Assembly (NCBI GenBank): GCA_052168235.1 | Contig: JBQLZK010000007.1 | Span: forward strand, 32,001-96,000 | Source: Thainema sp. | GTDB lineage: Bacteria > Cyanobacteriota > Cyanobacteriia > Phormidesmidales > Phormidesmidaceae | DNA: 64,000 nucleotides | Direction: 5' to 3' | Shown: positions 52,186 through 62,561 of the stretch, in pieces | Numbering within the stretch: position 1 is the stretch's first letter | Layout: every line of letters starts with the position of its first letter | Notes under the pieces: model-generated | Database searches by the model: none | What the model saw: the letters and a program-made list of their open reading frames with translations, nothing else | Told to the model about the DNA's origin: nothing | Program-made: the position numbers and the translations under genes

Positions 52186-52983
52186 ATGAAACAAAGACTA
52201 AAGCAGTTTTTGATCCTCAGTTGTGTTACAGCTAGCAGTATCGCTGGTTTAGCCGTGCTGCAGATTCCACGGCTACGCGAAATTTCATTTCAGAATCAAA
52301 ATTTAACGGAAGTAGAGTATCAGCAACAGGTTCAGCAAGAAAATATCAGGCTTTCGGTGTTAGAAAAAACGCCTACGTTTGGGTTCAATAGCTTGTTAGC
52401 CGACTGGGTATTCCTACAATTTCTGCAATACTTTGGCGATGAACCTGCCCGCCGTACCACTGGTTACGGTTTAAGTCCTGAATACTTTGATATTGTCCTA
52501 GCACGAGATCCACGCTTCCTAGAGGCATATTTTTTCTTGTCGGGTAGCACATCTTTTTATGCCGGAATGCCAGAACGTTCGGTCGAATTAATGAATCAGC
52601 ATTTACCGGAGTTATCACCAACTGTTCCGAATAAGGCTTACTACATTTGGCGGTACAAAGGAATTGATGAGCTACTGTTACTTGGAGATGCGGATGCCGC
52701 AGAGAATTCATTTCGAATGACGGCTGAATGGGCCAGTGTTTATAACGATCAGGAAGGGCAGGCGATCGCTGAATCCGCTCAACAAACGGCTGAATTTCTA
52801 GCCCAAAATCCAAATAGTCGCTCAGCCCAAATTTCAACATGGGTCATGGTGTACAACAACGCGTTCGATCAAACCACTCGACAGCTAGCTGTTCAACAAA
52901 TTGAAGCGCTAGGTGCAACCATCTCAACTGATGAAAATGGCAACCTTACAATTCGGCTCGCAAACGAAACTTCTGACAATTAG
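52186..52983 (+). CDS. Conserved protein downstream of pilA (membrane-anchored, helical)
   Basis: PTFGFNSLLADWVFLQFLQYFGD, DPRF, YYIWRYKG.DELL. Confidence 0.8.
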   Translation: MKQRLKQFLILSCVTASSIAGLAVLQIPRLREISFQNQNLTEVEYQQQVQQENIRLSVLEKTPTFGFNSLLADWVFLQFLQYFGDEPARRTTGYGLSPEYFDIVLARDPRFLEAYFFLSGSTSFYAGMPERSVELMNQHLPELSPTVPNKAYYIWRYKGIDELLLLGDADAAENSFRMTAEWASVYNDQEGQAIAESAQQTAEFLAQNPNSRSAQISTWVMVYNNAFDQTTRQLAVQQIEALGATISTDENGNLTIRLANETSDN

Positions 52984-53234
52984 TGACTATAGCCGTTGCG
53001 CATAGGTTTAGGTATTTATAAAATCAAACGTTAAAGTGTTTGAACAATCAAGCATTTGATTAAGTAATGCCTTGTTCGCATGACTGTCGCCCAATATTCA
53101 GCAAAAAGATGTGTATTGGTCGATAATTGTGAATATTCTTGCAATTTACCTAGCACGATTGGCTGCGTTAGGGAGAATTGCCCTAATAGTTACTTTAGAA
53201 CGGTTCTAAGGAAAAAATTTGGGTAATGGTATTC

Positions 53235-53289
53235 AGGTAATGATTTTTGGATGTGTGGGCACCGCCCACACATCCAAAAATCATTACCT
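53235..53289. repeat. Perfect palindrome, 26-bp arms, ACC loop
   Basis: aggtaatgatttttggatgtgtgggc-acc-gcccacacatccaaaaatcattacct. Confidence 0.9.
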
Positions 53290-53364
53290 TTTGAGGACTA
53301 CCGGAATTTGTAGTTTTCAGACTGCACTGTGAGACCTTGAGTTGGCGATCGCAGATCTAACGGC

Positions 53365-56300
53365 ATGATCTTTCCTGAACGATATCGTATGATTGAGCTG
53401 CTTTACGAAGGCAGCAAGGTGATTGTCTATCGTGCGCATGACACTGAAACTCAGGAAACAGTGGTGCTGAAAACGCTGAGATCGCACCATCCTAGCCTGC
53501 ACGATGTAGCCAAGTTAAAGCATCAGTATGAGATTCTGGTTCGTCTGAATGCTCCCGGCGTGATCCGGGTTTATCGCTTGGACGAATATCAGCGGCGACA
53601 CTGGCTGGTGCTGGAGGATTTTTGCGGTCAGCCACTGGATCAGTTGATTGCTCAGTGCCAAGAAAATATCGCATTTTTCCTAAATCTGGCCTATCCGCTG
53701 GCGCAATCGGTTGGGGAAATCCATCGCGCTGGCATTATCCATCGTGATCTAAAGCCGCAGAATATTTTGTTTGATCCTAGCAGCGGTCAGGTCAAGCTCA
53801 TTGACTTTGAACTGTCGCTCCCGTTCGATCAGGAAATACCAGCCGCGCAGGCAATCGATCAGTTAGAAGGAACGCCGCTCTACATGGCTCCTGAGCAAAC
53901 AGGGCGCATGAATCGGGCAATTGACTATCGCTGTGATTTTTATACGCTGGGTGCGACCTTTTACCATCTGCTGACGGGTCAGCCTCCCTTTAAGGCTCAA
54001 GATCCAATGGAGCTGGTTCACTGCCATATTGCCAAGCTACCGCTGCCGCCTATGGTGCTAAATGCCAAAGTGCCAGCGGTCTTGTCGGATATCGTGCTCA
54101 AGCTGCTGGCTAAAATGGCGGAGGATCGCTATCAAAGCGCAACCGGTTTAGCGGCTGATTTAGAACACTGCCGGCAAATGATGGTTGAGCAAAGTGCGAT
54201 CGCATCTTTTCCCCTCGCTCAACATGACCAGTGCGATCGCTTTGAGATCCCGCAAAAGCTTTATGGCCGAGAAACCGAAGTTCAAACCCTACTGCACGCC
54301 TTTGAACGGGTGAGTGCTGGAGCGATTGAGCTGATGCTGGTATCGGGCTTTTCGGGGATTGGCAAAACAGCGCTGATTCATGAGATTCATAAGCCGATCG
54401 TGCGGCAGCGGGGCTACTTTATTTCTGGCAAATTCGATCAGCTTCAACGCAGTGTTCCGTATGCTTCGCTAATTCAGGCATTTCGGGGACTGATTCGCCA
54501 ACTGTTAGCCGAATCAGATAGCCAAATTGCCCACTGGCAGACTAAGCTACAGGATGCCCTAGGTGCCAATCGTAAAGTGATGGCCGATGTTATCCCCGAA
54601 GTGGAATGCATCATTGGTGCATCCCCCGACGTACCGACACTTGGCCCAACGGAAGCCCGAAATCGTTTTAACCAGGTGTTTCAGCAGTTCGTCGAAGTGT
54701 TTGCTCAGCCAGAGCATCCGCTGGTGATATTTTTGGACGATTTGCAGTGGGCAGATTCGGCTTCGCTGCAACTGATGCAAAACCTACTCACCTCTAGGCA
54801 AGGCAGTCACTTGCTGCTGATCGGAGCCTATCGAGACAGCGAGGTATCAGCCGCGCATCCGCTGATGACCACCCTAGAGGAACTAGAGCAAGCTTGGGTC
54901 AGGATAACTGAATTGCGGCTCAGTCCGCTGTCCCTAGAGGACATTCAGCGTTTAGTGGCAGAGACGGTACAGCATTCAGAATCAGCCGTATATAATCTGG
55001 CCCACTTGCTACAGACCAAAACCCACGGCAATCCATTTTTTATCAAGCAGCTGCTGACGTATCTGCATGACGAACGGCATATCACCTTTTACTGGCCGAC
55101 GGGTCAATGGCAGTGGTCACTACCGGAAATTGAGCAAGTACCTATCACAGATAATGTGGTGGATTTGATGATTACTCGGTTGGAACGGTTGGCGAAATCA
55201 ACCCAGCAGTTACTTCAGTTGGCCGCCTGCATCGGCAACCAGTTTGATTTGTTGACCCTGGCTGTGGTCGCAGAACAGCCTCCACTTGCGATCGCACAAG
55301 TTCTCATCCACGCCATTCAGCAAAAGTTTATTGTCACTCAGGGTAACGCGCATCAGCTATTGGTAGCGCTGGATACCCACGAAGCCGTTCAATTTCTACA
55401 ACGCGGGGACTTTGAGCTTGCCTATCGGTTTGTGCATGACCGGGTTCATCAAGCCGCTTACGAATTGATTCCAGAGGGAGATCAGCAGGCCGTTCACTTG
55501 AAGATTGGCCGTCTACTGCAGCGCAACCTAGCCCAAACGGCATTTGCTCAAGCGACTGATGATCGGATTTTTGAGCGGGTTAATCAGTTTAACCAGGCAT
55601 TGCCGCTCCTAGTCAGCCCTGCAGAACGGCTGCAAGTAGCAGAATTAAATTTGATCGCTGGTCAAAAAGCTAAAGCAGCGGTGGCCTATGAAGTAGCCGT
55701 CCGCTATTTGCGACTAGGGCGGCAGCTCTTACCCACCGACAGCTGGGCAACACAGTACAAACTGACCTTTGACCTCTATCGAGCAGGACTAGAATGCGAA
55801 TATTTAGGCGGCAACTTTGAGCAGTCAGAGGAACTGTTTCACGTGCTGATGCTGCGATCGCAATCGGTGATCGAAAAAGCGGAAATCTACAGTTTGCAGC
55901 TGGTGCTTTACACCAGTTTGGGAAAATTTGCCGAAGTGATTGCACTGGGTAAGGATGGCTTAGCGTTACTGGGTTGGCAAGTGCCCCCAACACCAGCCGC
56001 CGTCAAGCGAGCGGTCAAGCTTACGGCAGCAGACATCCGGCTCAGACTGCTGCTGACTCGAATTCCCGATTTAGTTGATTTGCCCGTTTTAACTGATCCG
56101 CTTAAGCTGGCGCAGCTTAACCTGATGGCTCAGGTGATTCCGGCCCTGTACTATACGGATATCAATCTATCCAACCTGTTCTACTTGCAGATGTCGCTGC
56201 TGTCGCTAAAACACGGGAATGCACCCGCTTCGGCAGTTGCCTATCTAGGATTGGGCCGCTTTTTAGGCGAATACCATCGGGATTCAATCGCCCGCTATGA

Positions 56301-59244
56301 CTTGGGCAAGCTAGCGCTGGCACTTGTGGAAAAGTTTAATTACCAGCCGCTGTTGTGTAAAACACACTTCCTCTTTGGCGGATTCATCAATCACTGGACC
56401 CGCCACTCCCGCACCGATATTCATCATCTCCGAATGGCCTATCAGGCTGGCGTTGAACACGGCGACTTGAACTGGGCCTGCTATGCCAACAACGTTATGG
56501 GAATGCGCAGCTTTAGCTTGGGATTGCCGTTGCCCCAGCTAGAGCAGATGGCACAGCAGCATTTAAATTATGCCCAACAGGTAAAAGAGCAGTATACGCC
56601 CTGCTTTTTTGTCACAACTCGCCAGCTGGCACACTGCTTGATGGGGAACACTCTCTCACCCTGTAGCTTAAGTGATGCTGAGTTTGATGCGGAGCAGCAC
56701 TATCAAACTCTAGCGGCTCATCCGGGACTGGTAGGGCCACTAAACTGGTACACTGTCACGCAAACATTCATTCACTATCTACATGGCGAGTGCGATCGCG
56801 CATTAGAGTTTGCTCGCCAGTCGGATGCAACCATTTATGCTGCCATTGGTTTAGTGCGAGTGGTTGAGCATACCTTTTACTACGCACTCTGTTTAGCAGC
56901 GGTCTATCCCAGCCTGGAGGAAACTGAGCAAAAAAAGTGCTGGTCGCAGTTGCAGGATCACGTTCAGCAACTACAGCGGTGGGCCAAGGACTGTCCCGAT
57001 AACTACGACCATAAATGGCGACTGGTGCAGGCCGAAATCGCCCAACTGTGCGGGCGATCGGCGCAGGCCCAGCAGCGGTACGAACAGGCAATTGAATCGG
57101 CGCATCAGCACGGTTTTATTCACTATGAAGCTCTGGCCAATGAGCGCCTGGCTCACCATTACACCCAACGGGGAAATCAGGTCATCGCTCGGGCTTATTT
57201 AGCTGAGGCCCGTTATGCCTACCTCCAGTGGGGTGCGATCGCAAAAGTGAAAGCGCTAGAAACAGAGTATCCCTACTTGGTAACTGGGGGATCTACCTAT
57301 CAAGCCATCAGTGAGCGCTCGACGGCCCAACAGGGATTAGGTAGTTCAACCATTGAACGCAAGGCAAATCGGCTCGACCTCTACAGCGTGATCAAAGCCT
57401 CTCATGCTATCACTCGTGAGATTCAGCTGGAGCAGTTGGTTAAGACACTGATGCAGGTGATCATTGAAAATGCAGGGGCACAACGGGGCTGCTTGCTGCT
57501 GCCAGAGGGCGAACAGTGGATAATCAAAGCCTGTGGCAGCACTGGTGAGGCCACCATTCCGGCAGCGCAAATTGGCACCATTCCCCTGCGGGAACAGGTG
57601 CCGCAAAGCGTTGTGAACTATGTGGCTCGGACAGCGGAAAGCCTGCTGCTCAATCAGCCTCATTTGGAAGACGGGTACGCCAATGACCCCTATATTCAGC
57701 AGCATCAGCCGCAGTCGCTCCTATGCTGTCCACTGATTCACCAAGGGATGGCGGCAGGCATTATCTACCTGGAACATGACACAGCAGCACATGTATTTAC
57801 ACCAGAGCGATTGGAGCTAATCCAACTCCTGTCGGCCCAAGCTGCGATCGCACTCACCAACGCTCGCCTCTACGCGCAGCTCCAGGCCAGTGAAAATCAG
57901 CTCACCCAGTTTTTAGAAGCGATGCCCATTGCAGTAGGTATCCTCGATCAATCGGGTAATCCTTACTATGCCAACCGTCGCGCCGTGGAGCTGCTTGGCA
58001 AAGGCGCTCTCCCAAGCGTGCCATCGGCTGATATTGCTCAGGCATATCAGATTTATCACACCCAGCAGCAGCGAATCTGCGAACCCCATGAGATGCCGAT
58101 AATTCAAGCGCTGTCAGGGCAGACGAGTACAACCGATGCACTAGAGATTCGCCATCAGCAAAAACGGATTCCGATTGAAACCTGGGCTGCACCCATTTTT
58201 GACGAGCAGGGCAATGTTATCTATGCGCTGACGGCATTTCAGGACATCACCGAGCGTAAACGAGCGGAGCAGATTTTGGCGGATTATAATCGCGTGTTAG
58301 AAACGCAAATTGCTGAGCGAACCGCCGCCCTACGAGAAAGTGAAGCGCTGCAGCGGGCGATGTTGAATGCAATTCCCGATTTGCTGATTGTGGTACGAGC
58401 AGATGGTACCTATTTGGACTGTCTGAGCCGTGGTCACTCAGAACTCTTAAGCCATGACTGTTCGGTGGTCGGTCGCCACGTGACTGATGTCCTGCCTGCG
58501 GCTTTAGCCCAACAGCGGATGTACCACGTTCAAGCCGCCCTGAGTTCCGGCCAGCTTCAGGTATACGAGCATCAAATTTTAATTGACGATCAGCTCCACT
58601 ATGAAGAAACTCGAATCGTTAAGCTAGCGGACAACCAGGCGTTGGTAATTGTGCGAGACATTAGCGATCGCAAATCGGCAGAGCTGTCTCTCCAGCAGGC
58701 CAACAAAGAGCTAGAACGACTGGCCAGCGTTGATGGGCTGACTCAAATTGCGAATCGTCGCCGCTTTGATGCCTATCTGGCGCAAGAGTGGAAACGGCTT
58801 CAGCGCGAACATCGACCGCTGTGCCTGATTCTGTGCGACATTGACTATTTCAAGCTCTATAACGACTACTATGGTCATCCGGCAGGCGATGCTTGCTTGG
58901 TACAGGTTGCTCAAGTGCTGCGGCAGTCACTGAAGCGTCCAGCAGATTTGGCAACCCGTTACGGTGGGGAAGAGTTCGCGCTGATTTTGCCCAATACCAG
59001 TGCGGCAGGGGGAATCACGATCGCGCAAACCATTCAGCAAGCGCTCCACGAGCTGCATCTGCCCCACGTTTACTCAACCGCGAGTCACCAAGTTACCCTC
59101 AGCCTCGGTATTGCCAGTTGGATTCCCCAACCGGATCAGTCCCCTGCCAATCTGATTGCAGCAGCAGATGCAGCGCTTTATCAGGCAAAACAGCAGGGCC
59201 GTAATCAATATGCGATCGCAGATGCCACCGAGTCCACCAACTAA
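53365..59244 (+). CDS. Ser/Thr kinase - AAA(STAND) ATPase - GAF - PAS - PAS - GGDEF hybrid
   Basis: HRDLKPQN, IDF, YMAPE; GFSGIGKT, FLDDLQWAD; GAF (ENAGAQRG...IIYLEH); two PAS; RPADLATRYGGEEF. Confidence 0.93.
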   Translation: MIFPERYRMIELLYEGSKVIVYRAHDTETQETVVLKTLRSHHPSLHDVAKLKHQYEILVRLNAPGVIRVYRLDEYQRRHWLVLEDFCGQPLDQLIAQCQENIAFFLNLAYPLAQSVGEIHRAGIIHRDLKPQNILFDPSSGQVKLIDFELSLPFDQEIPAAQAIDQLEGTPLYMAPEQTGRMNRAIDYRCDFYTLGATFYHLLTGQPPFKAQDPMELVHCHIAKLPLPPMVLNAKVPAVLSDIVLKLLAKMAEDRYQSATGLAADLEHCRQMMVEQSAIASFPLAQHDQCDRFEIPQKLYGRETEVQTLLHAFERVSAGAIELMLVSGFSGIGKTALIHEIHKPIVRQRGYFISGKFDQLQRSVPYASLIQAFRGLIRQLLAESDSQIAHWQTKLQDALGANRKVMADVIPEVECIIGASPDVPTLGPTEARNRFNQVFQQFVEVFAQPEHPLVIFLDDLQWADSASLQLMQNLLTSRQGSHLLLIGAYRDSEVSAAHPLMTTLEELEQAWVRITELRLSPLSLEDIQRLVAETVQHSESAVYNLAHLLQTKTHGNPFFIKQLLTYLHDERHITFYWPTGQWQWSLPEIEQVPITDNVVDLMITRLERLAKSTQQLLQLAACIGNQFDLLTLAVVAEQPPLAIAQVLIHAIQQKFIVTQGNAHQLLVALDTHEAVQFLQRGDFELAYRFVHDRVHQAAYELIPEGDQQAVHLKIGRLLQRNLAQTAFAQATDDRIFERVNQFNQALPLLVSPAERLQVAELNLIAGQKAKAAVAYEVAVRYLRLGRQLLPTDSWATQYKLTFDLYRAGLECEYLGGNFEQSEELFHVLMLRSQSVIEKAEIYSLQLVLYTSLGKFAEVIALGKDGLALLGWQVPPTPAAVKRAVKLTAADIRLRLLLTRIPDLVDLPVLTDPLKLAQLNLMAQVIPALYYTDINLSNLFYLQMSLLSLKHGNAPASAVAYLGLGRFLGEYHRDSIARYDLGKLALALVEKFNYQPLLCKTHFLFGGFINHWTRHSRTDIHHLRMAYQAGVEHGDLNWACYANNVMGMRSFSLGLPLPQLEQMAQQHLNYAQQVKEQYTPCFFVTTRQLAHCLMGNTLSPCSLSDAEFDAEQHYQTLAAHPGLVGPLNWYTVTQTFIHYLHGECDRALEFARQSDATIYAAIGLVRVVEHTFYYALCLAAVYPSLEETEQKKCWSQLQDHVQQLQRWAKDCPDNYDHKWRLVQAEIAQLCGRSAQAQQRYEQAIESAHQHGFIHYEALANERLAHHYTQRGNQVIARAYLAEARYAYLQWGAIAKVKALETEYPYLVTGGSTYQAISERSTAQQGLGSSTIERKANRLDLYSVIKASHAITREIQLEQLVKTLMQVIIENAGAQRGCLLLPEGEQWIIKACGSTGEATIPAAQIGTIPLREQVPQSVVNYVARTAESLLLNQPHLEDGYANDPYIQQHQPQSLLCCPLIHQGMAAGIIYLEHDTAAHVFTPERLELIQLLSAQAAIALTNARLYAQLQASENQLTQFLEAMPIAVGILDQSGNPYYANRRAVELLGKGALPSVPSADIAQAYQIYHTQQQRICEPHEMPIIQALSGQTSTTDALEIRHQQKRIPIETWAAPIFDEQGNVIYALTAFQDITERKRAEQILADYNRVLETQIAERTAALRESEALQRAMLNAIPDLLIVVRADGTYLDCLSRGHSELLSHDCSVVGRHVTDVLPAALAQQRMYHVQAALSSGQLQVYEHQILIDDQLHYEETRIVKLADNQALVIVRDISDRKSAELSLQQANKELERLASVDGLTQIANRRRFDAYLAQEWKRLQREHRPLCLILCDIDYFKLYNDYYGHPAGDACLVQVAQVLRQSLKRPADLATRYGGEEFALILPNTSAAGGITIAQTIQQALHELHLPHVYSTASHQVTLSLGIASWIPQPDQSPANLIAAADAALYQAKQQGRNQYAIADATESTN

Positions 59245-59246
59245 AA

Positions 59247-59336
59247 TAGACTTTATCGGAAATTGTTTTGTAGCGCGGCGGAGCCGCGCTACAAAACAAT
59301 TTCCAACCCCAAAAACTTTATTTCCAATAAAGTCTA
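59247..59336. repeat. Palindromic miniature element
   Basis: Outer IR tagactttat/ataaagtcta; perfect 22-bp arms 59258-59279 / 59283-59304 with a GGA loop. Confidence 0.88.
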
Positions 59337-59426
59337 ATCAACAAAATGGTTTAATTGTACTTTTACCTCAGCATATACTGCTAAAATCTCGCCAGGGTTA
59401 CGCCGATTTTAGGGTTGGGATAAGTC

Positions 59427-60062
59427 ATGGATTTTCTAACACGTTGCGATCGCAGTTCCCTCGGCAAGGTGGTCAAATCAAACTCCCACTGTGACTACGT
59501 CGTGCAGCTGCATGATGTCTATGACGTTGAGAATCCGCCAGCTCCTGAGGATTATGGCTTTGGTCAGTTTGTCAAGCTGGAAAAAGACGGTCGACACTGG
59601 GCCGTAGGCTTGATCTACAACTCACAGTTGTTTAATCCGCTATTTCTCAACAGCGGCCCTCGCCTATCTAGCGAACCCGATCCCGTCTTTACGCCCGATT
59701 TGATTAGCGAAGTGCGCACCATGCTCGGCACCGTCCTGGTCGGCAGCTTGGAAACCGATCGTGAATCGGCTCAATCTTATGGTCTGCACGGAATTCCGCG
59801 CGTTGTTGTACCTGTCGATACGCCCGTCTACGCCATGACCCACGAAGAAATTTACCATTTTCACCTCAACCGGGCGGGGCGTCCCCAGTTTTGCTATTAC
59901 AGCCATATACTGCGCAGCGGCGGCGTCTTTGCTGCACAGCTAACGCAGCAGGTTTTGGATGAGCTGATCGACAGTAAGCTCTTTGATGGAGCAGACCAGC
60001 GGGCCTTAGAAATTCTCTGTAAAGAGCTGTCCTGGAAAAATACGATGGGCGCAATCCGATAG
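59427..60062 (+). CDS. Hypothetical protein, possibly HAS-barrel (HerA/NurA-associated)
   Basis: LGKVVKSNSHCDYVVQ...YGFGQFVK...AVGLIYN beta-barrel-like N-terminus. Confidence 0.6.
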   Translation: MDFLTRCDRSSLGKVVKSNSHCDYVVQLHDVYDVENPPAPEDYGFGQFVKLEKDGRHWAVGLIYNSQLFNPLFLNSGPRLSSEPDPVFTPDLISEVRTMLGTVLVGSLETDRESAQSYGLHGIPRVVVPVDTPVYAMTHEEIYHFHLNRAGRPQFCYYSHILRSGGVFAAQLTQQVLDELIDSKLFDGADQRALEILCKELSWKNTMGAIR

Positions 60063-60066
60063 TTCA

Positions 60067-60108
60067 AACCTAGTTGCGCAAGGATTGGGCTCCTTGTGCA
60101 ACTAGGTT
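60067..60108. repeat. Inverted repeat, 18-bp arms
   Basis: aacctagttgcgcaagga-ttgggc-tccttgtgcaactaggtt. Confidence 0.8.
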
Positions 60109-60126
60109 GTATAGGGGTTCTAGATA

Positions 60127-60177
60127 AGAACGAGAGAGGAGAGTGCCTCATCCTGAGGCACTCTCCTCTCTCGTTCT
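60127..60177. repeat. Perfect palindrome, 24-bp arms, TCC loop
   Basis: agaacgagagaggagagtgcctca-tcc-tgaggcactctcctctctcgttct. Confidence 0.9.
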
Positions 60178-60238
60178 CTCACTCTTAACTGGAATCACTA
60201 TATGACCAGACTAGAGAAAAATCACGACTGGAGAGGAA

Positions 60239-60931
60239 TTACCAAATTCGTACTTGCGTGACGGCGATGTTGCCCGAAAAGCACACATCAACGTCTGCCC
60301 CCGGATCGCGATCGCGGTTGCCATATTCCCCGACATAGCGAAAGTTGCCGTCTTCAAATGAAAACTCTACAGGCAGAGGCTGGGTACAGGGTGAACAGAA
60401 AATCATCTCTGGATCCGGCTGATCGGGAGCTATATGGGGCAGATTGACGTTCCAAAATGACCCAGTAGGCAAAGACTTATCCAGCAGTACCGTCAAAACC
60501 TGAGCCGTTAAACGAGCTGCTACCGACCAGTCAATGGTTCGCCCCCGCTGAATATAATGGGATACCGCAATACCGGCTTTGCGTAGAATAGCCGCTTCCC
60601 GTACGGCTGCCACTGTACCCGAAACATGAATATCGGAACCGAGGTTACCTCCCGCATTAATTCCAGACAAGACAATTTTGGCGTCTGGACAAATCGGCCC
60701 AAGCCCCACCCGCGTACAGTCTGCTGGCATGCCACTAACCGCATAGGCATTGTGCGATCGCGCTTCAACTGCGATCGGTGATTTGGTCATAAACTGATGG
60801 CTACAGCCCGAACGATGACTATCCGGGGCAACAATAATGCCGGATTCACCTGTTACCTGTTGCAAGGCCTCCCGCATCGCCCAGATTCCAGGCGCATCAA
60901 TGCCATCATCATTCGTCAAAATAAAAGACAT
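60239..60931 (-). CDS. surE: 5'/3'-nucleotidase SurE
   Basis: LTNDDGIDAPG, SGMPADC, SGINAGGN, SGTVAA, NVNLP. Confidence 0.93.
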   Translation of the reverse strand: MSFILTNDDGIDAPGIWAMREALQQVTGESGIIVAPDSHRSGCSHQFMTKSPIAVEARSHNAYAVSGMPADCTRVGLGPICPDAKIVLSGINAGGNLGSDIHVSGTVAAVREAAILRKAGIAVSHYIQRGRTIDWSVAARLTAQVLTVLLDKSLPTGSFWNVNLPHIAPDQPDPEMIFCSPCTQPLPVEFSFEDGNFRYVGEYGNRDRDPGADVDVCFSGNIAVTQVRIW

Positions 60932-60980
60932 GCCAGATATGAAATCAATTAAGGTTTACAAGCCTAAGGTTTAGAGTGCA

Positions 60981-61025
60981 AAAAAGGTTAGAGAAACGAA
61001 CACCGTTCGTTTCTCTAACCTTTTT
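60981..61025. repeat. Perfect palindrome, 21-bp arms, ACC loop (may also terminate hrcA)
   Basis: aaaaaggttagagaaacgaac-acc-gttcgtttctctaaccttttt. Confidence 0.88.
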
Positions 61026-61033
61026 CAGTCGGT

Positions 61034-62110
61034 TTATTGATGACTGGATAATGCGTGCGAGAGATACTCAGCAGTTGCTTCTACAACCGGAATCGCGCTG
61101 TCGTAAATCATCCGCGTCGGCCCCAGCACCCCCACACTCCCCACAGGCAGCGTTCCTCGGTAATAAGGCGACGACACAATAGCACAGGACTGCATCGGCT
61201 CTAGCGGATTTTCGGCCCCAATACGCACCGTCACCCGCCGCGTCAGCTGATTAATCTGCATTTCATCAAAAATCAGAGGCCAAAGCTGATCAGGCTCCTC
61301 TTCTAGAAGCTGAAGAATCGCTTGAAACTGCTGGGTTTCTGAAAATTCTGGCTGCCGCAGTACTTCTGATAGACCACTGATGAAAATTTGGGTCGTACTC
61401 GGAGTTTGCGTGCGGCGATTGAGCGCCTGTACGGCAACTTTGATCAAATCGGCGTAGCGCTGAAACTCCTGATCTAACTCCTGCCAGTCCAAATTAGCTA
61501 CGTCCGATAGAGAGCGCCCCCGTAGTTGATGATTGAGGAAATTGGACAGCAACTGAAGTTCGCTATCAACCAATTCAGCAGACTCCAATTCTTCCCCATC
61601 CAGTTTGGGTAACTGCACCAGATTGGAATAGGACTCATAGGAATCCAAAACGACGATTAACAGCACCTGACCTGGGTTCACCTGCACGAGCTGAATATGC
61701 CGCACCTGAGACATTTTGAGCTGAGGCATCGTGATCAACGTGACATAACCACTCAGAGCTGCCAGCAGCTGAGCAGCACCTCGCAGGATGGCTTCCAAGC
61801 TCCAGTCAATCCAGTTCAATCGCCCTTCCAATAGTGGATCTACCTGACGCGCCAGAATATCAGATGGCTGCATCAGGCGATCCACATAAATCCGATATCC
61901 CGAATCAGATGGTACACGCCCAGCGGAAGTATGGGGCTGAAACAACAGGCCAGCCCGCTCTAAATAGCTCATAGCATTGCGAACGGTCGCTGGGCTTACG
62001 TCTAATCCGTACTCATCAGCTAAGGACTTAGAGCCAACGGGTTCAGCCGTGGCAATATAGTGGCGGATAGTCGCCCAGAGAATATGCTGTTGGCGATGAC
62101 TAAGTTTCAT
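61034..62110 (-). CDS. hrcA: Heat-inducible transcriptional repressor
   Basis: YIATAEPVGSK, SPATVRN, QPHTSAGRVPS..GYR.YVD, GVLGPTRM.Y. Confidence 0.97.
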   Translation of the reverse strand: MKLSHRQQHILWATIRHYIATAEPVGSKSLADEYGLDVSPATVRNAMSYLERAGLLFQPHTSAGRVPSDSGYRIYVDRLMQPSDILARQVDPLLEGRLNWIDWSLEAILRGAAQLLAALSGYVTLITMPQLKMSQVRHIQLVQVNPGQVLLIVVLDSYESYSNLVQLPKLDGEELESAELVDSELQLLSNFLNHQLRGRSLSDVANLDWQELDQEFQRYADLIKVAVQALNRRTQTPSTTQIFISGLSEVLRQPEFSETQQFQAILQLLEEEPDQLWPLIFDEMQINQLTRRVTVRIGAENPLEPMQSCAIVSSPYYRGTLPVGSVGVLGPTRMIYDSAIPVVEATAEYLSHALSSHQ

Positions 62111-62561
62111 AGCGATGAACGTTGACGCAGAATCATGCTGTATTCTCAGTTTGGTTGGCTAATTGCAACTAAGATAGCAGATCCAGATGGAGTATGAGGT
62201 CACTCCCAATAGCGTCAACCAATGTTGAGTCAGTGGGTTTCGGTAGTTAAGTATCACCCATCTGTTATATGCAGAGCTATTCTAGCCTACCAGTTCAGCC
62301 ACATTTAGTTCGGCTTGCAGTACCTGAGCATTAAGCTGATCACTAATGCTGATCACTAATCAGGACTAACCGTGTCTGACGCGGTTCATCCGCTTGCTAA
62401 GCCCGTTCATAGAAATAATCAAAGCGATCGTCTATACCTTGAATCACCAGCCGCATCGCTCTATCGGGCACGGCAATGCGTCGTCCTTGATTATTTTGTA
62501 GCAGTGTAGCAGTTTACGCTCGTCTTACAGCGTGCAGAAAGCGTGGGCAAAAGGGCAGGCT

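Noticed and set aside
62110..62560. CIRCE operator or sRNA upstream of hrcA
   Set aside because: No TTAGCACTC-N9-GAGTGCTAA; only a 13-bp direct repeat (gctgatcactaat x2) and a decayed REP core.
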